Origin: a virus
Lineage: Duplodnaviria; Heunggongvirae; Uroviricota; Caudoviricetes
IMG/VR virus record: IMGVR_UViG_3300022822_000008
Length of the DNA stretch: 64,000 bases
Reading direction: 5' to 3' (one strand)
A program made the position numbers and the translations under genes. This document shows positions 39,901 through 46,838 of this stretch, piece by piece. Under the pieces are notes generated by a model that saw only the letters and a list, made by a program, of their open reading frames with translations, was not told the origin of the DNA and searched no databases. Numbering within the stretch: position 1 is the first letter of the stretch; each line of letters opens with the position of its first letter.

Positions 39901-40279
39901 TGGAGATGTCACTGCATTCTATTCAGATGAAAGGCTTAAAAACTTTGAAGGTAAAATAGATAATGCATTAGATAAAATATCCAAAATGAACGGTTATTAT
40001 TATAAGGGAAATGATGTTGCTAAATCTTTAGGTTATAACAACGAAGAACGCCAAGTAGGTGTTAATGCTCAAGAAGTTCAAAAAGTGATGCCTGAAGTTG
40101 TCGTTAAAGCTCCTGTGAGTTATAGAGATGATGTTGATGAAGATTACTTAACAGTTCATTATGATAAATTAGTACCTGTTTTAATTGAGGGTATTAAAGA
40201 ACAACAAACACAGATAGAAGATCAACAGAAACAAATTGACGAATTAAAAGAAATGGTCAAGTTGTTAATGAATAAATAG
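30905..40279 (+). CDS. giant long tail fibre (about 3124 aa) with C-terminal S74 chaperone
   Basis: Probable ATG start at 30905 (MANNKKFIVKNGL; the track uses GTG at 30896). Many APxFxDxxxxxYYxxP repeats; SDERLKNF...GVNAQEVQ...LIEGIKEQ S74 signature. Confidence 0.88.
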   Translation: MANNKKFIVKNGLITPESVIAGTELDNGTDTLQISGSSTLLGEVNIASIIPGIPTLDVVNTGATDAIVARFRGESASLEIKNLSEGDYSLLNTGQDNGIVFYDDTTGLELVYGNSARLSINSTGNNFTGNSTIDGNRILTTADEGSGNGLDADTIDGIDSSQFLRNDQDGTLDGNFVVTGDFTVNGTTTTVNTETVLIADNIITLNSDETGTPSQNSGIEIERGTSANVSLIWNETSDHWEISGTGRIITTADEGSGNGFDADTVDGIEASQFLRSDQNDTTTGSLTVEGDLIVGDDVGSANINFNNAGQNRQISSQNSDIGFLMPNFNFGAFSTASGDWVVARDNISTANTVSQADIIAWNDISANNNISSGNDISATNNISAGQDIQATNNVTAGNDVIATGDVTGENLSSTNDINAGNDITATGDVTGENLFAVNDATVGGTLFANDIVTEEDITANNIFASRFVDSDDISFYGDFAGISQFNGVDIQGRIRSIDDLNTYLEFPSADTFEVTTNGITRLTVNNISIESDVNMVAPRFVDGNNSTYYGDFAGTSIVNDINLDGQISSVGDPNTYIEFNSSDTFRIVTGASARLTVNNVSVVSSVDVFAPIYYDNNDTSFYGNFAETSVMNIINANTLNVDDINLGNRITSEGDANTYLEFDSEDSFRIVTGASARLTVDNNSVRSSVDIFAPRFLDSEDNSYLVDPSGLSIMDSLNIDDKIYHNGDVTTYLDFATTESFDFVTAGVSKLTINNSNVTSTVDVIAPRFVDSADSTYFLDPFSTSVLNRINLVGAIRNSGDADTLIQFPTTGQIGFNTNGTNRLLIEDSIISSSVDLHSTRFVDLNNTAYYADFGNATTSISALGKVVIGAGDEIRRDDNTGNGGVTIASFASENATNNPFLSVSGGNGSRSLAYLNRIDIGTNPSLASNRYMEFINDGINSVSFSGDQFNNFYTVMDSGDYGIYNSGFDALLVVQNDGTIVVGDSSALYSISDATPIVGTNTNNILNVNGSIQLNDNNDAIVFGRGTSSFLKHNELSFGLGGGLHMTESGTLRISNDVKLRTTVDIEAARFVDVNDGSFLIDPAGTSRVNLIDLAGRIRHDGDTDTDIRFGADRFSVVTGGSERLIVENSLVTSTVELRAPQLVDRDDTAFFVNPSGASNFRNLNVLSGDATAQLSVGRDSGQKIQLLVEDGPGYLRYIQDEGGNFNHSFNFEIVSPANQESSSFNFNRTINVVGDFNTDGDVSTEGSITADEFIDGNVAGYSIIPSDVSRFNIINLDDQIRHQGDEDTYLQFNTANSWRVVTGGSQRLVITNTSATFANDIIGPIFRDSSDPNNRYVNPGNDTQINQLIAFGSSSFRSVGTPLRVYSTGTGNTNSNTGIGLEAYAPDLGTSTTGAGISFHRAGSYAINMGLDSDNVFRIGGWSAPDNLLVINTSGAVTALDSLNAPVFQDSQDTSYFVDPNGSSLLATLRVVNQIGVGSETTTFIAPPTGSYGSIKVEGESNGWAGYAIRDNWIFMANGAERAGIYNDTDNEWSLQIYRNGGVDLYHNGTVEFQTAGGYAQASTALRAPIFQDTSSTSRFLSPNAGNGNVALSITGEIERVGFATGAGSDNYILKSEDRNQWIWASGGSYNWGIFWASENNPAYSHFGGTNPDELVFVGGGTTRSSIDLSNGDAWFDGNLTASSVSLDAGDGEAILFNPAYGSGGADLVLFDATTYFESRTTQANAPNENNLTNDKSEYSKTTEGPFAGAFVLRTNQYRNFYSDFIPVAPGEELYGEISIKYISGSGGITYYGVERYDSERRAITSNAGMTYFVTSGSNDTNPNWVTRRGSTILPTTHTPYQGSDGGGVYYVRIRVLLNYSSEGALREFGGIMLKRRNAESSLTVDDLLVMDDLNVDGDLTTSGTIISNSGINAPIFRDTADTNFYVDPANTSRSGRLRGDILIGSNSSGYSLQVGGDGREFQNNTTTGSIAMTSNLHMDSASGRNTYINYYDGDSLYIGTGNGSSHSRWRNDGALNIGSDAVSSYFLNVEGTVRSSGDMRAPRYIDDNDPTYYVNPAGTSELNEILVGGRSIRLSRMSGGRGSLNINGGQVGSYEGYVINNRVSFLHNNGTVAGLYNDVNNQWLLYADFNSRLRLFYAGVQQASTESGYFLAQNQMRAPIYYDSDDTQYQVNPNSTSQLNDVRANIFRDRADANFYLNATSSQWQVNTPSGYVRIGPANSGFTHYNTDRPLHYFGQPVQVNGDIKIYQSLARMSGDQMYATRFNDANNTSYYIDPDSTSVLNTLDLRGRLLVADVENYDATTVNALTDAPISTRNIDYRIGTTDTFLPLTYQTARNQSGYRTHLSTGLLKNAGNSWNENGWFMAIGGSDSSPTEYMTLEYGGFINSSLGQVRTSSSFDANQFRDLNNTLFYLDPASSSNLFEVNVGRLEVNNSGGDSVLKFGPGLPANDDAHIEWKGSSNAGYLRFSTSDDNGSEYMQFGDYDNTNRGGTFTEWAKMDRNLFYHTSDIRAPVFYDLDNTGFYTNAASTSNMNIVNANEFYANNWFRNINNGEGMLNEQNNTRFYSDGTSRYTMWSATNSSQILFRSNSGTPRGWVNATSNNDVGFLNDSGAWRARIVGGDYMQFDGSSIRARRLYDLDNTTYYVDPASVSTMNTIDLEGTIRHDGDANTYIQFHEQDQFRVVTGGVQQLEVNNNRVTANNIMVAGSFETSGALTVGIGATSSNIYMRDTDNTDRRIHCNSSRIGFLSSSDNWGSYSTNGGDWFSDQSVRSPIFYDSNNTGFRVDPTGTTVLSAATFSGNTTFSGGAPLRVNSTGTGNVSTNGQIGLEIYGASGGGGAGMSFHRGGSFAINMGLDSNNVFKLGGWSANDNLMTINTSGSMSVIGDFRAPIFYDSNNTGFRLDPNGTSNLETVDVTTLNTSGLITMERATSTVLRLRNTVNAGKVTIQMTDNQFGGQSGNFSYVHSDSASFGGSAAFLFEGNQPTTNLVCNGGNIIATGDVTAFYSDERLKNFEGKIDNALDKISKMNGYYYKGNDVAKSLGYNNEERQVGVNAQEVQKVMPEVVVKAPVSYRDDVDEDYLTVHYDKLVPVLIEGIKEQQTQIEDQQKQIDELKEMVKLLMNK

Positions 40280-40281
40280 CA

Positions 40282-40289
40282 TATAAATA
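40282..40289 (+). promoter_or_regulatory. T4-type late promoter TATAAATA
   Basis: Exact consensus, intergenic, upstream of a GAGG RBS. Confidence 0.8.
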
Positions 40290-40312
40290 AACAAAACAAA
40301 GAGGAAATAATA

Positions 40313-40681
40313 ATGAAATTTGAATATAAGTGGGAAGTAACAGGAATAAAATGTATTGATAAAGAGAACCATGAAGGTATTACCTTACTAAATTCTGTCT
40401 GTCAAACATACTGGAAACTAACAGGAATAGATTCTGAAGGTAATGAAGGTAGCTTTTCTGGTGCGACTCCATTTTGTGCTAGTAAATGTAAATCTGAAAA
40501 ATATTGCGAGTTCAGTGAATTAACTGAGGCTGTGGTTCTTAGTTGGATTCAAGATGTAGTAGCTAATGATGCTTCCTATAAAGAACATATCGATGCACAA
40601 ATACAAAAAACAATCGACGCAACCAAAATCACCGAACCTTCTTTGCCTTGGGCTCCCGTCGATGAAGAACCTGCTGAATAA
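40313..40681 (+). CDS. small fibre-associated protein (possible assembly chaperone)
   Basis: Y.W...G...F.ELTE..V..WI...I..QI...PW pattern; directly follows the fibre gene. Confidence 0.65.
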   Translation: MKFEYKWEVTGIKCIDKENHEGITLLNSVCQTYWKLTGIDSEGNEGSFSGATPFCASKCKSEKYCEFSELTEAVVLSWIQDVVANDASYKEHIDAQIQKTIDATKITEPSLPWAPVDEEPAE

Positions 40682-40692
40682 GGATAAATGCT

Positions 40693-41022
40693 ATGTTTTA
40701 TCAATGGAAAATTATAGGCCTAAATACTGAAACCGGTATCGTTGGGAAAGTAGTAAAAAATTCCATAGTTAATCGTATCGATTGGGTAAAAAATTCTGAA
40801 GATGAATACGGAATAAAAGGTTCTTATCTTGGACATACTGTCTTATCAGAACCAAAATCCAATACTGAGTTTATCGCATTTTCTGCTTTGTCAGAAGAAG
40901 TGATAATTTCTTGGATTGAGAATACAATATCTGATAGTGAAAATGGAATAATAAATAGTGCGCTAGATGAACAATGTAAAAGACAGCGTATTACTAAACG
41001 TCAACCACCTTGGTCTGTATAA
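40693..41022 (+). CDS. paralogue of the preceding fibre-associated protein
   Basis: Shares YQWKI.G, FSALSEEVIISWI and a terminal PW with 40313..40681. Confidence 0.65.
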   Translation: MFYQWKIIGLNTETGIVGKVVKNSIVNRIDWVKNSEDEYGIKGSYLGHTVLSEPKSNTEFIAFSALSEEVIISWIENTISDSENGIINSALDEQCKRQRITKRQPPWSV

Positions 41023-41025
41023 ATA
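41018..41025 (+). promoter_or_regulatory. T4-type late promoter TATAAATA overlapping the upstream stop codon
   Basis: Exact consensus 32 nt before the start at 41058. Confidence 0.7.
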
Positions 41026-41057
41026 ATAATACAACCTGACTATATTATGGAGTTAAT

Positions 41058-42092
41058 ATGCATGACATTAAATTGCATGGTCTCGCGACTTATGCACTGA
41101 AAAATGGTGGAAGTATCCACCCTATAACCCTCCCGCCAGAATTGACAGGCGAAACTGGAATAATGAATCCGTCTATTTTTGTTAGAGACGGGCAAGTTCT
41201 TATGAATATTCGCCATGTTAATTATGCCATGTATCATAGTGAAGCTAGGAAATTCGTCCACCAATTCGGTCCTCTCCATTACATACATCCTGAAAATGAC
41301 GTAACTTTGACTACTCATAATATTATGTGTACTCTCGACGATAACTTAAACGTCACTCATTCCGGTAAACTAAATATGAAACTAGATACAGGAAACCCGA
41401 CTTGGAATTTTGTCGGTCTTGAGGATGGGCGTCTGTTTGACTGGGAAGGTCGTTTGTTTTTATGCGGAGTGAGACGTGATTGTTATGATGACAAAGGCAC
41501 TGGTCGTATGGAAATGTGTGAAATAGAATTTAAAGATGGAGAATGGATTGAAATCGGAAGATTCCCAATACCTGTTCCTGATGGTGCTGAGTCATATTGC
41601 GAAAAGAATTGGATGCCAGTACTTGATATGCCATGGCATTTTGTGAAATGGACTAATCCTACACAAGTAGTTCGCTTTGATATTGAAACTGGAGCTTGCA
41701 CATCTGTAGTTCTTGACCCCAATAGATTATATTCTTTCCCGCGTGACATCCGTGGAGGCTCACAAGTCGTCAGAATAAATGATACCCAAAGAATGGCATT
41801 GACGCATGAAGTTGATCTTCATAAAGACACCTTCGGCAGAAAGAACGGTAATTATATGCACCGATTTATTGTATGGGATAATGATTGGAATATTGTACAT
41901 AAGACAGATGATTTCTTTTTTATGGGCGCTCAAAGAGATCGAACAAGCGGTCTGCAATACACGATTGAATTCGGAACTGGCATAGCATTCCATAATGACG
42001 ATGTTCTAATATCGTATGGATTGCAAGACAATGCATGCTTTATATTAAAAATGCCAAGTAAGTTATTTTATGAATTTTTGATGAAAGGATAG
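41058..42092 (+). CDS. five-bladed beta-propeller glycoside hydrolase/phosphorylase-like protein (GH130/GH43/DUF377-like)
   Basis: Motifs NPSIF, GLEDGRLF, EKNWMP, RGGSQ, EFGTG and ISYGLQD. Confidence 0.75.
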   Translation: MHDIKLHGLATYALKNGGSIHPITLPPELTGETGIMNPSIFVRDGQVLMNIRHVNYAMYHSEARKFVHQFGPLHYIHPENDVTLTTHNIMCTLDDNLNVTHSGKLNMKLDTGNPTWNFVGLEDGRLFDWEGRLFLCGVRRDCYDDKGTGRMEMCEIEFKDGEWIEIGRFPIPVPDGAESYCEKNWMPVLDMPWHFVKWTNPTQVVRFDIETGACTSVVLDPNRLYSFPRDIRGGSQVVRINDTQRMALTHEVDLHKDTFGRKNGNYMHRFIVWDNDWNIVHKTDDFFFMGAQRDRTSGLQYTIEFGTGIAFHNDDVLISYGLQDNACFILKMPSKLFYEFLMKG

Positions 42093-43310
42093 ATGATTAT
42101 GTTACAACAATTATTAAACGAACATGTATTAGATTCTAAAAATACAACCAAACTATTTAATCTTGCTCGAGAATATGACAAACAAGGTCAAGGTTCTGGC
42201 GCGATCACTTTGTATATGCGAGCTGCAGATCTAGAAGAAGAAGATACTTTTTTGCAATATAAGTGTATGATTTTATCAGCACGTATTTGCGAACGCCAGA
42301 CAAATAGACAATATACAATGCTAGGTTTCTTGCAACATGCCGTAGGTTTATTACCTAGCAGACCTGAAGCTCACTATCATTTATCAAAATACTATGAAAT
42401 CAAAACAGACTGGAGACAGTCTTTGATACATGCTCAACTCGGACTTGTTAATCATGAAATGAATTGTCCTGAATTGGGTTATCCAAGTGCTTATGTTTTA
42501 GAATATCAGAAGGCGCTTGCTGCGTGGTGTATCTCAGGTACCGACGTCTGCCGTAAAGCCTTTTTTAATCTTAGATATAAAACTGAAATGGATGAGGCTC
42601 ATGAAAATAAAGTAGCGGGTGTCATAGGAACAATTGGTTACCCCCATGCTATCGAATACACAAGAAGTGATTTGAAGCAACTGAAGAATAAATTTCATGG
42701 CGTCGAAAGGATAGACAAAAATTATTCTCAGCATATGCAAGATATGTTTGTTCTTACTATGTTGAACGGCAAGGAAAATGGAACTTACTTAGAATTTGGA
42801 TCAGGCGAACCTTTCCTGCATAACAATACTGCATTACTTGAAACTAAATTTGGTTGGAAAGGTATATCTCTTGACAACCGAGACATACCATGTTATAATT
42901 TTAATGTCGAAAGAAAAAATACTATATTGAACGTAGATGCAACCCAAATCGACTATGAGCGTTTCTTTAAAGAACACAATATCGCACAGGTTACCGACTA
43001 TCTTCAATTAGACATCGATGAGCCGACGCTATCAATACTTAAAAAATTACCTCTTGACAATTACAAATTTCGCGTGATTACTTTCGAACACGATCTCTAT
43101 GATCAAGGACCCGAAGTAAGAGACGAAGCGCGCAAATATCTAAAATCTCACGGATACACACTATACGTGAACGACCTCGCACTAAAACCCAATACCTCAT
43201 ATGAAGATTGGTGGATTCACCCAGACTTAGTTGATATCAATAATGCCACGCCAGGTAAAAATGAGATCAACTTTGTGTGGGATTATATGATGAAATCCAA
43301 AAATGAATAA
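42093..43310 (+). CDS. TPR-repeat plus FkbM-like SAM-dependent methyltransferase
   Basis: N-terminal TPR-like helices (RPEAHYHLSKYY); C-terminal YSQHMQD.FVL, GTYLEFGSG.P...NNT.LLE..GWKG, DYLQLDID, VITFEHD and EDWW. Confidence 0.78.
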   Translation: MIMLQQLLNEHVLDSKNTTKLFNLAREYDKQGQGSGAITLYMRAADLEEEDTFLQYKCMILSARICERQTNRQYTMLGFLQHAVGLLPSRPEAHYHLSKYYEIKTDWRQSLIHAQLGLVNHEMNCPELGYPSAYVLEYQKALAAWCISGTDVCRKAFFNLRYKTEMDEAHENKVAGVIGTIGYPHAIEYTRSDLKQLKNKFHGVERIDKNYSQHMQDMFVLTMLNGKENGTYLEFGSGEPFLHNNTALLETKFGWKGISLDNRDIPCYNFNVERKNTILNVDATQIDYERFFKEHNIAQVTDYLQLDIDEPTLSILKKLPLDNYKFRVITFEHDLYDQGPEVRDEARKYLKSHGYTLYVNDLALKPNTSYEDWWIHPDLVDINNATPGKNEINFVWDYMMKSKNE

Positions 43311-43354
43311 ATAAGTGTAATAATTGCTAATAGTTCAGATTAAGGAGAACGACG

Positions 43355-43732
43355 ATGGCTATAAAAATAGGTGGCACAACTGTTATTGACAATTCAGGTC
43401 ACTCAATTGTAAACCAAATAAGTGGAATTTACAACGACCTGATACCTTCTGTAGTATCAGCTGCAGGTACTATCATTAATATGATTAATCCATCAATCAC
43501 AAGGTCGATGCCAGCAAACGAAACTTATTCATTTACTAGCCGACAACGTGGAAGAATGACTGTATTATTTCTTGATACAACATCTTCAAGTTTCACTCCT
43601 ACTTTCCCATCTGAACAAATTTTCTGGGCCGGTGATGTGGTACCAAATTGGTCAAGTACTAGATATTGGCTCATAACTTTTATTGCATGGGATTCTTCTA
43701 ACGTCCAAGCAGCTGCTACGGGATACAATTAA
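43355..43732 (+). CDS. small fibre-tip-like protein, MAIKI family copy 1
   Basis: MAIKIGGTTVID N-terminus; W.G...P.W...RYWL motif; AAGGAG RBS. Confidence 0.7.
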   Translation: MAIKIGGTTVIDNSGHSIVNQISGIYNDLIPSVVSAAGTIINMINPSITRSMPANETYSFTSRQRGRMTVLFLDTTSSSFTPTFPSEQIFWAGDVVPNWSSTRYWLITFIAWDSSNVQAAATGYN

Positions 43733-43734
43733 TC

Positions 43735-44103
43735 ATGGCCATTAAAATTAGCAATGACACTATCATTGATGATAATCGCGCTTTGGTAACGCCAAGAATT
43801 GACGGTACTTATATAAATTATCATCCTAATGTAGTAAACTCAGGTGATATAGATTTGACTAACCCAGCTCATGTCAGAGTAATGCAAGGAAATACTACTT
43901 ATAATCTATCAAACGCAACAGTCCCAAGGAGTGCTTTCATATTGCTTGATACTACTTCATCAGATCTTACGCCTACATTCAACACAGTTGTTTGGGCAGG
44001 TGATGGAACTCCTCCTAATTGGTTTTTGCATAGATATTGGCTTGTTTCAATTACGGTAACCTCAGCAGGAAACTTTGCTGCAGCCTCTGGTTATGATTTC
44101 TAA
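43735..44103 (+). CDS. small fibre-tip-like protein, MAIKI family copy 2
   Basis: Paralogue of copy 1 (LDTTSS..TPTF, WAGD, RYWL, AA.GY). Confidence 0.7.
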   Translation: MAIKISNDTIIDDNRALVTPRIDGTYINYHPNVVNSGDIDLTNPAHVRVMQGNTTYNLSNATVPRSAFILLDTTSSDLTPTFNTVVWAGDGTPPNWFLHRYWLVSITVTSAGNFAAASGYDF

Positions 44104-44114
44104 GGAGATAATTT

Positions 44115-44927
44115 ATGGCAATTAAAATTGCTGGTACTACAGTTATAGATGATTCGCGCAACTTTTTAAATATAACTAGCACTACAGGACAATACTATAC
44201 ATTCAATCCAGTTGTTGATACAGCAGGGTCTGCGCTAGATTTTAATAATCCCGTTTACTATAGACAACTCAATGCTAATCTCACATTGACTTCATATACA
44301 AATACTGATGTAGGCAAATCAAAGATACTACTGCTTAATCTAAATGGCTTTACTTTAGGTTTTGGCTCTGGTATAACTTGGCAAGGCGGTCTGATACCAG
44401 ATTTCACAACCTTTCAATATTGGGTTATATCATTTACCTGCTATACAGGCGGCAGATTGTTAGGTGTTGCTATGGGTAGTAATCACGGCGAAGGTCCAGC
44501 TAGTTATTTAATACCACTTACACACCCAACAGGATTGTATGCAGTAAATATTTCACCTGGCGAGGATGCGTTCGCAAGTCTGACAATAAAGACTGATGGA
44601 ACCATCGACACACTAATAAATGATGAACAAGGACCAAGAACTACAAATACTGATTGGCTTGACGTTGCTGGAGGCGGTGTTGCTAGCGAATATGAAGTAG
44701 TAACTATACTAGACAGTGGAGTTGCTCCTAACATAGGAACTATAGGTACTTTCACACTATCAAATAATTATATAATAGGCAACAGCGTTATAGCTGCAAA
44801 CGTGGAGAATAGAGAATCTAATATAATTCTGCGCATACAAGAAATTGCAAACCCAAGCAACTTCGTTGAAATTACACCAGGTACGTTTGGTAATCTACAA
44901 ATAGTAGCAGACAACACAGGAAATTAA
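44115..44927 (+). CDS. MAIKI family copy 3 fused to a second beta-rich domain
   Basis: MAIKIAGTTVIDDSRN N-terminus; WQGG..P.F...YWVISF; the C-terminal half resembles the next ORF. Confidence 0.7.
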   Translation: MAIKIAGTTVIDDSRNFLNITSTTGQYYTFNPVVDTAGSALDFNNPVYYRQLNANLTLTSYTNTDVGKSKILLLNLNGFTLGFGSGITWQGGLIPDFTTFQYWVISFTCYTGGRLLGVAMGSNHGEGPASYLIPLTHPTGLYAVNISPGEDAFASLTIKTDGTIDTLINDEQGPRTTNTDWLDVAGGGVASEYEVVTILDSGVAPNIGTIGTFTLSNNYIIGNSVIAANVENRESNIILRIQEIANPSNFVEITPGTFGNLQIVADNTGN

Positions 44928-44930
44928 TAC

Positions 44931-45389
44931 ATGAGCTTAACACACAACTTTGCAGTTTTTGCTAACAACAATATTGGGCAGAATATAGCCGCAATTTTCG
45001 TTTCCTTAACCTTTGACACAAACGGTGATGCATTTGCAATATCGCCTCAAGACGCAATTGCGGCTATAAATTTTAACCCTCAAGGTGTTGTTTCAGTAGA
45101 GAAAAACGATGTAGCTGATTCAACTTCAAATTGGTTAAGCAATGTAACTGGTATAGAAGCTTCGGATTATAGGATAAATGTAACTTCGACTGGGGATACA
45201 TTAAGTCCTTCGAGTTCACCTTTAAATACTAATCTAAGCCTTGGCGTTTTCAGACAGTGGATATTAGAGGCTGACGATGGCGGATTTGAAAGCAGAACTG
45301 CAGATGTAACTATAACAGTTACAGAGATTGCAAACACTTCAAATACAGCAACAAGAACAATAACGCTTACAGCTGAAACTGAATCATAA
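44931..45389 (+). CDS. 152-aa beta-rich structural protein, paralogue of the C-terminal half of 44115..44927
   Basis: Shared SLT..T.G, WL....G..AS(D/E)Y and EIAN.SN motifs. Confidence 0.65.
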   Translation: MSLTHNFAVFANNNIGQNIAAIFVSLTFDTNGDAFAISPQDAIAAINFNPQGVVSVEKNDVADSTSNWLSNVTGIEASDYRINVTSTGDTLSPSSSPLNTNLSLGVFRQWILEADDGGFESRTADVTITVTEIANTSNTATRTITLTAETES

Positions 45390-45407
45390 CATATAGAGGT
45401 CAATTAA

Positions 45408-46151
45408 ATGGCACAACCAGTAACTAGAGAACAATTTAAAGATCATATACTCCGTAAAATTGGAGCTCCTGTTTTGCAGATCAACGTATCAGAAGAACAG
45501 GTTGAAGATCGAGTAGATGAAGCATTATCATTTTGGAATGACTATCACTATAATGGCAGTCAATCAGTATATCTCAAACATCAAATAACAGAAACTGATA
45601 AAGATAATGGTTATATATTATTACCTGAAAATTTATTAGGTATATCTAAGGTTTTTCCTCTTCAGACTGGTGGAAGTGCTGGTACAGGTTTTTTCAATGT
45701 TCAGTATCAGTTCGTTTTGAATAACATCAGTGATATAGTAGGCTATGATATACAGAATTATTATATGACCATGCAGCACCTTGAATTCATGAATGAAATT
45801 TTAGTAGGTAAACCACTTGTAAGATACAACAAACACGTTAACAAACTTTTCATTGATGTAAACCAAAACAAACTTGTTTTAGGTGATTATGTAATAGTAG
45901 AAGCTTACGATGTTATAGATACAGGAGAATATCCTGCTGTGTGGAGTGATCGTTGGCTTCAGAATTATGCAACAGTTCTTGTGCGTGAACAGTGGGGTTC
46001 TAATCTAATAAAATTTACTGGAGTTCAACTTTTAGGCGGTGTTCAGTTTAACGGCGAATTGATATTTCAAGACGCTAGAGCAGATCGTGAAAGAATGGAA
46101 GATGATGCAATTAGCAATCTTCAACCTCTTGCGTATAATTTCATAGGATAA
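45408..46151 (+). CDS. gp13: neck protein gp13
   Basis: Motifs LRKIGAPVLQINV..EQVEDRVDEAL and QWGSNLIKF.GVQL.GGV.FNG. Confidence 0.93.
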   Translation: MAQPVTREQFKDHILRKIGAPVLQINVSEEQVEDRVDEALSFWNDYHYNGSQSVYLKHQITETDKDNGYILLPENLLGISKVFPLQTGGSAGTGFFNVQYQFVLNNISDIVGYDIQNYYMTMQHLEFMNEILVGKPLVRYNKHVNKLFIDVNQNKLVLGDYVIVEAYDVIDTGEYPAVWSDRWLQNYATVLVREQWGSNLIKFTGVQLLGGVQFNGELIFQDARADRERMEDDAISNLQPLAYNFIG

Positions 46152-46154
46152 GTA

Positions 46155-46838
46155 ATGGCTACTAATGTATATTTTCAAAATTATGATTATTTTAACGAAC
46201 AGCAATTAATAGACGATCTTGTTATTGAGACAATACAAATTCATGGTGTTGATATAATTTATATCACGAACTCAATACAAGAAGTTGATGCTATATTTCG
46301 TGAAGATGATATACCTATCTATGATGAAACTTTTGACTTTGAAGTTTACGTTAAAAATGTTGATGGATTTGAAGGAGAAGGTGACTTCTTAAGTAAATTT
46401 GGCCTTGAAATTAGAGATCAAGTTACTTTCACTCTTGCAGTTCGCACATTTGAAAAATATGTAAACAGAATTAGACCTGACAGAAAAAGACCTCTTGAAG
46501 GCGATATTATATTCTTCCCTCTGAATAGTAAAATGTATAAAATAATGAGTGTAGAACATGAGAGTATTTTCTATCAAGCAGGTTCTTTACAACTGTTTGA
46601 TATGCGTTGTGAGTTGATTGAATATTCTGGACAAAGATTCCAGACAGGTAGAGATAATATTGATACTTACTTTAATGATATCGATACTACACAAGCAACT
46701 ACTCTAGAATCACTTGAAACTTATGATGACAATGCTATGAATTTAGATTTTGAAAAAATTGGAGATGATATCATAGATTTTTCTGAGAGAGATCCATTCA
46801 GTGAAGACATAGACATATTAGATGAGGATGCACCATAA
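46155..46838 (+). CDS. gp14: neck protein gp14
   Basis: Motifs EQQLIDDLVIE.I, GFEGEGDFLSKFGLEIRD and RPLEGDIIFFPL. Confidence 0.93.
   Translation: MATNVYFQNYDYFNEQQLIDDLVIETIQIHGVDIIYITNSIQEVDAIFREDDIPIYDETFDFEVYVKNVDGFEGEGDFLSKFGLEIRDQVTFTLAVRTFEKYVNRIRPDRKRPLEGDIIFFPLNSKMYKIMSVEHESIFYQAGSLQLFDMRCELIEYSGQRFQTGRDNIDTYFNDIDTTQATTLESLETYDDNAMNLDFEKIGDDIIDFSERDPFSEDIDILDEDAP

Noticed and set aside
30905-45389. Invertase/shufflon-type tail fibre switching
   Set aside because: All modules are on one strand; I saw no inverted crossover sites and no recombinase gene.
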